Assembly: GCA_963797095.1 (NCBI GenBank)
Contig: CAWCNY010000002.1
Location: 1,152,001-1,216,000 of the forward strand
Direction: 5' to 3'
From: an uncultured Chloroflexia bacterium
GTDB lineage: Bacteria > Chloroflexota > Chloroflexia > QHBQ01 > JADMIH01
DNA: 64,000 nucleotides
The notes under the pieces are model-generated. The model was not told the DNA's origin. It worked only from the letters and a program-made list of their open reading frames with translations, and made no database searches. The stretch's first letter is position 1. Every line of letters starts with the position of its first letter. The position numbers and the translations under genes are program-made. Positions 52,451 to 61,344 of this stretch are shown here, piece after piece.

Positions 52451-55219
52451 GTGATGACAAACCAACAATCCACGGACGGGACCTCCACACTTACATCTAC
52501 TAACCGGCTTTCCAAGGATGCGGCTATGGACCCCCGTTCACTACTCACCAACCATATACTCCCCTACACCTCGGCCCCCCCGGCTGCCAGGTCTCTTGTT
52601 GTTGCCCGCACCCCGGCCGGTTCCAGCCATCACACCCTCTTCAACCTCTCAATGCACGAGTGGTTGCGCCTCATGCTCGCTATAGTGGTGACCACCACCT
52701 CCGTCGTCTTCATGCTCGCCGTCCCTTTCCTCACAGGCCGTCCCTCCGACCTCGGCTTTACCTTTGCCGGCGACCAGACTGGGCGCGAAATTGTCCAATG
52801 GGTCGTGCCTAACGGGCTTGGCTACAACGAGGGCGTGCGCCCCGGCGACCGGGTGCTCGCCGCCTGGAGCCTCGGCGGCACAACCGAGGACGGAGGGGGC
52901 ATCGCCGTAAGCGTTGCTCTCGACGGGGGCAGCGGCAGCACTGTCACCATCTCCACCAGGAGCGCCGGGAATATCTCCCCGTTACAGAAGTTCAGCTTCC
53001 TCTTTCTTGCTGTCATCTTCATTGCCGTCGGTGGACCCGTCTACGTCAAAGCCAGGCAACGGTCCGCAGCCTCGGCTTTCTACCTCTTCTGCTTAGCCAG
53101 CGCAATCTGTCTGATCCTCGCCTCGATATTCCACCTCCAGTACCCATGGATACTGGCATCTATGATTATCGGGATAACCGTGTGGGCCTCTGCTTTCGCA
53201 ATCTTCTTCCTCAAATTCCCACTAAAGGTAGGCAAGACCGCTCGCCAGCATAACTTTTTCGTTTTCGCGATTGTATTTCTTGGTTTCGCGGCTGTAGCTC
53301 CTTATTTGTACAGCTTCTTTGTCGATTCCGATTACTATACAGTTGCCCAGACCGCGATCTCGGCCTACTTAGCTCTATGTACGGTAATCGGGCTGGGCAG
53401 CCTGGTACGGGCCTTCTTTATGCAGCGCTCCAAACTGGTGCAAAACCAGCTGTCGGTGCTTGTAATCGGTACGGCCCTGGCTGTTTGCCCCTCACTCCTT
53501 TTGGGCATACTCCCTACCCTGGTCGGTATACAGGGGCTTGGGGTAGAGTTTACCGCTCTCTCGTTGGGCATCATGCCCATGTCGCTGGCCTACGCCATCA
53601 CCCAGCACCAATTGCTTGGCATCCGTGGGCTGGTGCGTCGTGGCGTCATCTATGTGGTTATGGGCTTCGCGGTGCTGATGATCTTCTCCCTGGGTGCGGT
53701 AGCGTTGGGGGCGGTTCTACCTGAGGGCTGGTATAGCGGCGACTTCGGTCTGCTAGCTGTCAGCTTCTTTGTCTTCGTAATAGCGCTCTCCTACGGCTAC
53801 ATCCAGAACACAGTTGAAGTATGGGTTGATAAGTTTATCTACCACGACGGTTATAACTACAAAGAGGCCCTTCTTGAGTTCAGCTCCCAGCTTGCCACCG
53901 AGCAGGACCTCGACAGGCTGACAACCAATCTGGTGGAGCGCACCTGCAACCTGATGAACCTCACCTGCGGGGTTTTGCTCCTCGCAGAGCATCCTGAGAT
54001 CGGACCGTCGGCCCAGCCATCTTATCCAACCGTCCCCAACGGCGATGCCGCACAGACAAACAGACCTCAGGCCACGGATGAGTTGCGCGTTGTGCCTTAT
54101 GCTCGATTCGGGCAAGGCTCAGAATGGTTGATCGAAGGTCTTCAGAAGGAACTGGCAGACCTGGGCATTCACCTGGTGGGTAGTGATTTTCCTCAGCTCA
54201 TGTACTTCAACAATCGCACTCAGCCCCTGGAAGGCCTTGACTTTTCGAGCTACAACAGCGGCCAGCTATTCGATAACTATAATAGCTCCAAGTTAGAGGG
54301 TATTCTCTCTACCACCGTTGCCGGCCAGCCTGGGCAATCTATCACCACGGGTCAATTTGAATTTGAGGGCGAAGCGCCTGCGCGCCCAGACGGTGCGGTG
54401 CAAGTCCCCAATACAGGTACAGGCGCACGGATGATGCGCTCATTCCTGGGAGTGCCTCTCTGGACCCGCCAGCGTTTCGTGGGTATGCTCTGCCTCGGAA
54501 ACAAGCGCACCGGCGAGCACTTCACCAAAGACGACCTGGCCTTGCTCGGCACGCTCAGCACCCAGGCTTCCCTCGCCATATACAACGCACAACTCTTCGA
54601 AGCCCAGCGCCAGGCCTTGATCGGCACAATCGAGGCGCTCGCCCATGCTATCGAGGCCAAAGACGGCTACACCATACAGCACTGCGAGCGTATGACCGAG
54701 CGTGCCACCGCCCTCGCCCAGGCGATGAATCTGCCCGCACATGAGGTCGAGAACATCCGCATGGGCGCGATCCTGCACGATATAGGCAAGATCGGCATTC
54801 CCGACTCCATCCTCAATAAACCAGCCAGGCTTACTCCCGAAGAGTACGAAATAATGAAAGAGCACCCGGTTATTGGAGCGAGGATCGTGCAGTCGGTGGG
54901 TGCGCTCACAGGAGTTGTCTCTATTGTGAAGCACCACCACGAACGCTTCGATGGCAGCGGCTACCCTGACAGACTTAAGGGCACCGATATACCGCTTGGC
55001 GCTCGCATCATCGGGGTTGTCGATACCTACGGCGCTATGACAGAGGATCGCGTGTACAGGGCTGCTCCCGGTCATCGAAAAGCTGTCGAAGAACTCGCCA
55101 GTCTTGCAGGTAAGCAATTCGACCCTGAGCTAGTAACCGCGTTCCTCCTTCTGCTCGACGTTCGCCCTGATCTGGCCGAGCTTTCCTCCACGCTCCAGGC
55201 AACCACTCGCCTCCTGTAA
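52451..55219 (+). CDS. ComP-like membrane sensor (TM, PDZ-like, about 8 TM) fused to GAF and an HD-GYP phosphodiesterase
   Basis: LGFTF...VVPNGLGYNEGVRPGDRV (PDZ-like) followed by a hydrophobic helix array. GAF-like VPLW...VGMLCLG...FTKDDLALL. AIEAKDGYT.QH, LHDIGK, HHERFDGSGYP, IPLGARII. True start may be downstream. Confidence 0.85.
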   Translation: MMTNQQSTDGTSTLTSTNRLSKDAAMDPRSLLTNHILPYTSAPPAARSLVVARTPAGSSHHTLFNLSMHEWLRLMLAIVVTTTSVVFMLAVPFLTGRPSDLGFTFAGDQTGREIVQWVVPNGLGYNEGVRPGDRVLAAWSLGGTTEDGGGIAVSVALDGGSGSTVTISTRSAGNISPLQKFSFLFLAVIFIAVGGPVYVKARQRSAASAFYLFCLASAICLILASIFHLQYPWILASMIIGITVWASAFAIFFLKFPLKVGKTARQHNFFVFAIVFLGFAAVAPYLYSFFVDSDYYTVAQTAISAYLALCTVIGLGSLVRAFFMQRSKLVQNQLSVLVIGTALAVCPSLLLGILPTLVGIQGLGVEFTALSLGIMPMSLAYAITQHQLLGIRGLVRRGVIYVVMGFAVLMIFSLGAVALGAVLPEGWYSGDFGLLAVSFFVFVIALSYGYIQNTVEVWVDKFIYHDGYNYKEALLEFSSQLATEQDLDRLTTNLVERTCNLMNLTCGVLLLAEHPEIGPSAQPSYPTVPNGDAAQTNRPQATDELRVVPYARFGQGSEWLIEGLQKELADLGIHLVGSDFPQLMYFNNRTQPLEGLDFSSYNSGQLFDNYNSSKLEGILSTTVAGQPGQSITTGQFEFEGEAPARPDGAVQVPNTGTGARMMRSFLGVPLWTRQRFVGMLCLGNKRTGEHFTKDDLALLGTLSTQASLAIYNAQLFEAQRQALIGTIEALAHAIEAKDGYTIQHCERMTERATALAQAMNLPAHEVENIRMGAILHDIGKIGIPDSILNKPARLTPEEYEIMKEHPVIGARIVQSVGALTGVVSIVKHHHERFDGSGYPDRLKGTDIPLGARIIGVVDTYGAMTEDRVYRAAPGHRKAVEELASLAGKQFDPELVTAFLLLLDVRPDLAELSSTLQATTRLL

Positions 55220-55452
55220 CCCATAGACATCGCTCATTGAGGCGCGGGTATTTTCTCACCACAGTACCCGGTTCGAGTTCAGATTCGGACTCGCGGACGC
55301 GTAAGCTGCACCTAAAAAGAGCAAAATTGGCGGCAAAGCCGCCAATTTTGCTCTTTTTAGAAGGCCCCTCCCCGAAATATTGGGGAGGGGTTGAGGTGGG
55401 GTCTTGGGGTTACAGGAGGCGAGTGGTTGCCTGGAGCGTGGAGGAAAGCTCG
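55177..55452. repeat. 46-bp perfect inverted repeat (55177-55222 and 55407-55452)
   Basis: The arms are exact reverse complements; the left arm is the 3' end of the HD-GYP gene. Confidence 0.92.
55312..55360. terminator. Bidirectional intrinsic terminator
   Basis: CTAAAAAGAGCAAAATTGGCGGC-AAA-GCCGCCAATTTTGCTCTTTTTAG, a 23-bp perfect stem. Confidence 0.85.
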
Positions 55453-55719
55453 CGCGAATGTGGAAAACTACCGGCCATATCCTGCGAATTCCGTCCGGGA
55501 TTTACCCTCCACACCGTTCCAGTGTCCGATCTTATACGGCCTTGTAAGCTATAATCATGCCTTGCCGGGTGCCGATTTCCAGGGTATTAGCCAATCTCGG
55601 CTAACACTCTGAAGCCTCTTTAACCCTCAAATCACGCCTAAAATAACCCAAATGTCCCGATTAGTAGGCAACTTTCCTAATATTCAGTACTATTTGGCTA
55701 CTACTTTGTGTAAAACCTC

Positions 55720-55748
55720 TTGACAAGGACTAATCCGTTTGGTATAGT
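55720..55748 (+). promoter_or_regulatory. Strong sigma70 promoter for the peptide gene
   Basis: TTGACA, 17-bp spacer, TATAGT with extended -10 TG. Confidence 0.8.
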
Positions 55749-55853
55749 GTGCTAGCGGAATAGCCACTCGCAATGATTTGGGGAGTAGGACCTTTCTCCT
55801 AACCCCAGGCGGTTGTGTCAAATCGGAACCCTACCACTATGAAGGAGTAGACA

Positions 55854-56045
55854 GTGAACCTCAATATTCTCGAAAAAGTAGCACGTGCAGCGAAGAAGAA
55901 TAGCAATGTGATGAAGAGCGTCGTAACCCCCACCGAGCACAAGGATCTTTCCTCACTCTCGATGCAGATCGCCGCCAACCTGCGCTCCAATGGCTCCGCC
56001 GCCAACCCGGCGATCCCTGCGCAGGTTTATAGCATGTGGATCTAA
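55854..56045 (+). CDS. Putative ComX-like pheromone/RiPP precursor, 63 aa, ending ...PAIPAQVYSMWI
   Basis: SD AAGGAG then GTG, dedicated promoter, single Trp at the penultimate position, directly upstream of a ComQ-like enzyme. Confidence 0.75.
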   Translation: MNLNILEKVARAAKKNSNVMKSVVTPTEHKDLSSLSMQIAANLRSNGSAANPAIPAQVYSMWI

Positions 56046-56081
56046 TCGCAACACGTAATCTACACAATTCTCTATATCTTC

Positions 56082-56111
56082 CCTATGGCCTGGAGCGTTC
56101 CAGGCCATAGG
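56082..56111 (+). terminator. 13-bp hairpin between the peptide and prenyltransferase genes
   Basis: CCTATGGCCTGGA-GCGT-TCCAGGCCATAGG followed by TGTTT. Confidence 0.7.
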
Positions 56112-56127
56112 TGTTTATAATGGTTGC

Positions 56128-57192
56128 ATGAACAGCGATATCTCAACCTCGGACGATTTTGATATAGAAACCGCCCTTCTGGCAGCAGACGACGCCCTCA
56201 AGGCGACGCTCCGGCGGTATGCAGACCTCCTTCCTCCAACCCTCATCAGGATGGGCAAAACTGCTCTAGGTGCGCCGGGCAAGGTGATGCACTGGCGAGC
56301 CGTTACTGCCGAAGGCGGCGCGGCTCCAACCCCCAATTGGCCGCTGATGGTATTTCGTGGTTACAGGGCCGCTTTGCCCAGGGAAGAGCGCCACACCTGG
56401 CGTCGTGCCCTTCCCATCGTGGTGTCGGTTGAGATCATGGTGGCGGCCACCGACCTCATAGACGAATGGACCGATGGCGATCCCAGCGCCGTAATCTCCG
56501 ACTATGGCCCCGGCCAGGCGCTGAACACTGCCAGCCTGATGCTGGTGATGGCCCAGCAAGTGCTTGTGTGGGCCGCGCGTGAGGGCGATGACCGTGCTTT
56601 TGTCGCTCTTAGTGCTCTCCAGGATTTGTTGGTGGAGGCGGCGGTGGGCCAGCACCTCGATATGCTCTATGAGGGCATGGGCCTCGACGAGGTAACTCCC
56701 CAGATGAGCGGCGATATGAGCGAGAAGAAAGCAGGCGCTCTCATTTCCGGTGCGCTCAAGATGGGCGGTCTGAAGGCGGGTGCGCAGCCTGAGGTAGTGG
56801 CACTTTTGGAGCGGTTCGGCAGGCGTGTGGGTGGCGTTGCCCAGACCGCCAACGATATGCGCGATGTCATGCCACAAAGAGACTCAACTGATAGATTGGG
56901 CCAGCCTCTCACCAATCCGAAGACCGACATCCGCAAGCGCAAGCGCACCCTGCCCATTGTCTACACCCTGCGCGAGGAAAACGACAGCCCCAACCCTCTA
57001 CAGCAGGCTTTCAGTGCTCCTCCTGCCGAGGACGAAGATGAGGAAGCCCTGCGTCAGGCTATCGTAGAAGCGGGCGGTATCGAGTTCGCGAGCATGGCAC
57101 TCGATATGTATCGCCAGGACGCGGCGCAGGCCCTGCAAGAGCTTGACGCACTCCGCCCCGGCGCGCTGGATGAGCTTTCGTTCCTTCTTTAG
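56128..57192 (+). CDS. ComQ-like isoprenoid-synthase-fold prenyltransferase
   Basis: First Asp-rich motif DLIDEWTDGD without the following RRG; GQHLD; KKAG; second motif QTANDMRD; no GKRxRP. Confidence 0.75.
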   Translation: MNSDISTSDDFDIETALLAADDALKATLRRYADLLPPTLIRMGKTALGAPGKVMHWRAVTAEGGAAPTPNWPLMVFRGYRAALPREERHTWRRALPIVVSVEIMVAATDLIDEWTDGDPSAVISDYGPGQALNTASLMLVMAQQVLVWAAREGDDRAFVALSALQDLLVEAAVGQHLDMLYEGMGLDEVTPQMSGDMSEKKAGALISGALKMGGLKAGAQPEVVALLERFGRRVGGVAQTANDMRDVMPQRDSTDRLGQPLTNPKTDIRKRKRTLPIVYTLREENDSPNPLQQAFSAPPAEDEDEEALRQAIVEAGGIEFASMALDMYRQDAAQALQELDALRPGALDELSFLL

Positions 57193-57204
57193 CCCTACGC
57201 CTGG

Positions 57205-59064
57205 TCAGCGGGCCAGCGGTTGCCCGCACTTGCCGCAGAAGCGCGCGTTCGGTGGGCTTATTTGACCGCAATTAGCGCACTCTATGGATGAGGTACTTGC
57301 CGGGCTTTGCGGCGTGTGCTCCGTGGTCATGGTCTGTGTAACGGAGCCTGTTTCTCCTGTCGCCTTCTCTTGCCTGATGCGCTCGGCGTGAGGGGATCCC
57401 GATTGTCCGGTGCGCAACTTGCGATTATCCCCTCCTGAGATAGCGCAATCGGGGTCGATCATATTGCCGTGCTCGTCTATAGCCTGAATGTGCAGATGCA
57501 CCTCATACTGGGCCGGCCCTCCCGGCCCGGTGCCGCCTGTCCTGCCCAGTTTCGTGTTAGCCCCCACCTGTTGACCCACCGAAACGTACACCTCCGACGC
57601 GTGCAGGTGCTGAATACGATTGCCGTTCTCCACCTTCACTTCGATCATGTTGAACGGCCCACCTGCATAAGTAACCTCGCCTGTCACGCAGGCCTCAAAA
57701 TCGAGCATGGCGGGCACGTTGTATTCATCGTTGCTGGTGAAATCTATACCTGAATACCAGGGACCCATCGAAGGACGCGTGCCAGGGCAATCGGACCTGC
57801 TGTTGGCAGCGGGCAGCCCAAAAAGCGATGCTAGGGCTTCCGGGCACGGTGTTTCTCCCTCGTTATCCTGCGAATCCTCATCCTTGGTGCTTTCCTGATC
57901 GCTCGTGTTAGCCGCATCCGTCTGGGTGAGCACTCCGCCTACAACCAGCGCTGCCTCGGCTGCATCTACCACAGGTTGGATGTCGGGTGGTATCACAGGC
58001 TCCGGCTGTACCTGCTGTGTTGGTGGTGCCGAGAAGCCTGTTTGTGTGCCGGTGGCAGGCGGGGCTTGCGGGCCAACGCCTGCCGGCTGCGTGGTCCCTG
58101 ACGGGCTAACCGTAGAAACCGTGCCAACAGCGGGGGCCGCGGGAGCCGCAACCGCAGGTACAGTGAGCGACCCTGCGCTACTCGCACTGTTCGCTGATGA
58201 GCCTGCCTGCGCGAAGCTTCTCATAGCACCGCCACCCATACCTGTGACCAGGCCGCTCGCTATAGCAGCAATCACCCCGGCTCCCACAGCTACTCCTACA
58301 GCGACAGCGTTGCTGATGTAGTCCCACGGCCTGCCCCCGAACGTGTCGGACGGATTGCCTGACCCGGCGGGGACGGATGTCGCGCCTGGGACTGGCGTCT
58401 GCCCGGGAGATGTTGCACTGCCCGGCCCCGGCGGTGGTCCGCATGCAGGGTCGTTAGCTTTGGGACCGTTTATCTGGGTAAGACTGGCGGCGATGACCTG
58501 GGCGTTGTTCGCCGAGAAGATCAGGTTGTTGGTGTTGTTTGGGTCCGGGCCGGTCAGCACCACGATAGTGGCCATAGTGTGCGTGTCGAGCAAAAGGAAC
58601 ATCTTCTCTTCGACTGTGAAATCCCCCGCGAAGCCCGTGAACTCGCCCGAGTCGTGGAGAAGCAGCGAATTGTCGGTGCGCGCTATCTCGTTGTCTCTGG
58701 CGCTGGCGGTCTTGCTAGTCCAGCTCTCTTTTGTTTCCTCAGGGCAGGCGTAATCGATCGTGATGGCTGCTCCGGAGGGGTGTCCAGGCCCCGCCGGATT
58801 AGAATCCTGTGTTGACAGGATATAGTTGCAAACCAGGCTCAATAGCACACCGTTCTGCGTAGTGGCGTGGCTTGCGTCCTCTACCACCTGATAGTCAAAG
58901 CCCCCCGGCAAGCGCGCTGCCAGGCAGTTTATAGTGTCGTCGGCGAGTGGGGCCATAAAGATAGCCTGGCCGTCTCTCAGTCCCGCCCCGCTTGCCATGC
59001 GCCCACCCGAAAGAAGGAGCGCCAGCAATACCAGCGCCGGGATGCATCTGCTTTTTGCTTTCAA
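57205..59064 (-). CDS. Membrane-anchored protein with M23 peptidase-like domain and C-terminal zinc ribbon
   Basis: Signal peptide, internal TM, Pro/Ala linker, YSGIDF...HLH...GGTG...HLH, CANCG...FCGKCG. Confidence 0.65.
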   Translation of the reverse strand: MKAKSRCIPALVLLALLLSGGRMASGAGLRDGQAIFMAPLADDTINCLAARLPGGFDYQVVEDASHATTQNGVLLSLVCNYILSTQDSNPAGPGHPSGAAITIDYACPEETKESWTSKTASARDNEIARTDNSLLLHDSGEFTGFAGDFTVEEKMFLLLDTHTMATIVVLTGPDPNNTNNLIFSANNAQVIAASLTQINGPKANDPACGPPPGPGSATSPGQTPVPGATSVPAGSGNPSDTFGGRPWDYISNAVAVGVAVGAGVIAAIASGLVTGMGGGAMRSFAQAGSSANSASSAGSLTVPAVAAPAAPAVGTVSTVSPSGTTQPAGVGPQAPPATGTQTGFSAPPTQQVQPEPVIPPDIQPVVDAAEAALVVGGVLTQTDAANTSDQESTKDEDSQDNEGETPCPEALASLFGLPAANSRSDCPGTRPSMGPWYSGIDFTSNDEYNVPAMLDFEACVTGEVTYAGGPFNMIEVKVENGNRIQHLHASEVYVSVGQQVGANTKLGRTGGTGPGGPAQYEVHLHIQAIDEHGNMIDPDCAISGGDNRKLRTGQSGSPHAERIRQEKATGETGSVTQTMTTEHTPQSPASTSSIECANCGQISPPNARFCGKCGQPLAR

Positions 59065-59109
59065 GCGGGCCTCCTCTCTATCGCCGCCACTAGCGGGCTT
59101 ACCATCCTG

Positions 59110-60384
59110 TTACGATCCAGTCGCCTGAACCGGAGGTTGAGACTGCACCTGGGCTTCCGCGTTGGGCTGTTGAGCCTGCATTACCGGTAGCGGCGGGAAG
59201 ATTGCATTGAATACTATGAGCGTAAGCAGCGCCCCGATCATCAAGAGGCGCAGGCCGCTCCACGTGTTCCACAATCCCGCCACCACAATTGTAGAAAGGA
59301 GATAGGCAATAAAAGTCGCTCCCAGGAGCCGGAGCAAGGGGTGCACTTTGCGTATCGCCAGCGCCCATCGCTCAGGCACAGGTATCTGGCGGATCAGGTT
59401 GGCCCGCCACGCCCCGATCGCGCCGATCAACAGGGCCACCACTAACGTATCGAGCCACCCCTCGAATGTCCCCGCCAGCACCATCGTGAGCACGGTGGTA
59501 GCGACAGCCACCCGCACCACTTCAGGCACGCGATCTATCACGCCTTTCTTCTCGCCCGTCCAGCGCCAGCGTTCGAGGTTCGCCACCACGCCCGCGCGCG
59601 GCGACTTCGGCAGATACAACTGCACGACCAATTCCCGCGCTGCCGCCGCCACCATCGCCACAAGCACCAGCCAGACCGCCTGTTCCTGCACAGGGCTGAC
59701 GGTGCTCACGCCCGGCTCGGTGCCCACCAGGCTGAAAAGTGGGCGAATGAGGACCAGCATCGATTGAGACCACAGATAAATCAGCACCCCGAATATGACC
59801 GCATCGAGCGCCGCCTTCGCCCCTACGCGCACTCTGGGATCGTCAACAGTACGGAACTGGACCGCGCTCGCCAGTTGTCGCGCCAGCAACGGCAATACCA
59901 CGGCAGGCATCGCCAGCAGCACGTAGCTGATCGCTTTCCCCGCCAGTACGCCGGCAGGGTTGGGCACCCCGAAGGTTCCAACCCGGTTGCCCAGCAGCAG
60001 ATCTTGAACGATATAACCCGCAAGCAGCCCTACCCCCACGGTGCCGCTCAAAGTTGCCCCGGCCACCAGCAGCAGCAAGAAAGCCAGCGACTCGGTGTAT
60101 ACCTCATCCAGGTCGCGGAATATCAGGCGCGAAATCAGACCGAGCACAAAAGCAATAACCGGCGCGTACGCGGCTACGCCCCTGACAAGGGCGGTCCAGG
60201 CCCCATCGGCCATAGCCTGCGCCACCTGCGGGAACCAGTCGTCGAGCCACGCAGGTAAGCCGACCGACCATAGCTCCTCAAGTCGCTCGTCAATAGGCCG
60301 CCCCTTCGCAGGAGGCGATTGACTTTCCGGCATGTTACCCATGACAGGCACGGGATTATTGCTGCCTTCTGTGCCGCCGACCAT
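59110..60384 (-). CDS. Polytopic membrane protein of unknown function
   Basis: About 10 hydrophobic segments; ATG 60384 follows GGAGG. Confidence 0.7.
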   Translation of the reverse strand: MVGGTEGSNNPVPVMGNMPESQSPPAKGRPIDERLEELWSVGLPAWLDDWFPQVAQAMADGAWTALVRGVAAYAPVIAFVLGLISRLIFRDLDEVYTESLAFLLLLVAGATLSGTVGVGLLAGYIVQDLLLGNRVGTFGVPNPAGVLAGKAISYVLLAMPAVVLPLLARQLASAVQFRTVDDPRVRVGAKAALDAVIFGVLIYLWSQSMLVLIRPLFSLVGTEPGVSTVSPVQEQAVWLVLVAMVAAAARELVVQLYLPKSPRAGVVANLERWRWTGEKKGVIDRVPEVVRVAVATTVLTMVLAGTFEGWLDTLVVALLIGAIGAWRANLIRQIPVPERWALAIRKVHPLLRLLGATFIAYLLSTIVVAGLWNTWSGLRLLMIGALLTLIVFNAIFPPLPVMQAQQPNAEAQVQSQPPVQATGS

Positions 60385-60643
60385 GGCCACCTCCCGATCC
60401 TCTCCTTCGGAGAAAGGCACTGCTACTCTGCCAGATAGGCAAACCATTCAGGCCGCTCTACGGCGCGAGCGAAAACAGGTGGAAGCACGGCCAGGAACAA
60501 GACTGTTAGGCCAATCATACCACACTGTAATGGGCAATTGCATAGTCGCGTACAGTCCGCGCATCCCGCTGTATGTCTCCTTTGGCATGGCATTCGTGAC
60601 ACGCTCGATCAGAAAAAATCGAGCAATATTCGAGGAGCCAATT

Positions 60644-60663
60644 TAGCACAAACGTGCTAGAAT
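60644..60663 (+). promoter_or_regulatory. Palindrome TAGCAC-N4-GTGCTA overlapping an extended -10 (TGcTAGAAT)
   Basis: Read directly; spacing matches Gram-positive/Chloroflexota-type LexA boxes (GAAC-N4-GTTC). Confidence 0.35.
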
Positions 60664-60875
60664 GTGGGTAACAGTTTCCTGAAGAGGCAACGCATAATAA
60701 GCAAACTTTCGGTCACAAGGATTTGGGTCAGCAACATTACAGTGTACCTGGCATGCAAATTGCGGCTATCAGTTTGGTGGGTAGTCCCCACCTCGGCGCC
60801 CGTTCAAGCTGGTATGGAATGATGACACATACCCGAGCAGACACATTTTTCCCATGTCAGTATGAGGAGGTTCTT

Positions 60876-61292
60876 ATGAGCCCAAAGAAAGGATTCACAG
60901 ACGAGGAACGAAGCGCGGTGAAGCAGCGCGCTCGAGAGCTGAAGGCTGAGGCGGAGAAGGCGGACGGGGAAAGCGCCGTGCTCGCGTCGATCGCCGAGAT
61001 GCAGGAACCGGATCGCGTCATGGCCGAACGGCTCCATGCTATCATCAAAGCCAACGCGCCGGTCCTCACGCCGAAGACCTGGTACGGTATGCCAGCGTAT
61101 GCCAAGGACGGCAAGATCGTCTGCTTCTTCCAAAGTGCGCAGAAGTTCAAAACAAGGTACGCGACGCTCGGCTTCAACGAAAAGGCGAACCTCGATGAAG
61201 GTGGCATGTGGCCGGTTTACTTCGCGCTGAAGGAATTGACCGGCGCCGAAGAGGCAAGGATCGTCGCACTCTTGAAGAAAGCGGTGAGCTAA
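60876..61292 (+). CDS. DUF1801 (YdhG-like) protein
   Basis: [25 protein letters not shown]; SD GAGGAGG. Confidence 0.88.
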   Translation: MSPKKGFTDEERSAVKQRARELKAEAEKADGESAVLASIAEMQEPDRVMAERLHAIIKANAPVLTPKTWYGMPAYAKDGKIVCFFQSAQKFKTRYATLGFNEKANLDEGGMWPVYFALKELTGAEEARIVALLKKAVS

Positions 61293-61344
61293 GGGCACCC
61301 GCGAGGAGTGCCCATAAGATTGCTCGTCTATTGCCCGGGGCTAG

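Noticed and set aside
55755-55850. c-di-GMP riboswitch in the peptide leader
   Set aside because: A hairpin is present, but I could not match class I or class II consensus by eye.
56128-57192. Housekeeping IspA/HepT synthase
   Set aside because: It lacks GKRxRP and RRG, and no isoprenoid or quinone genes are nearby.
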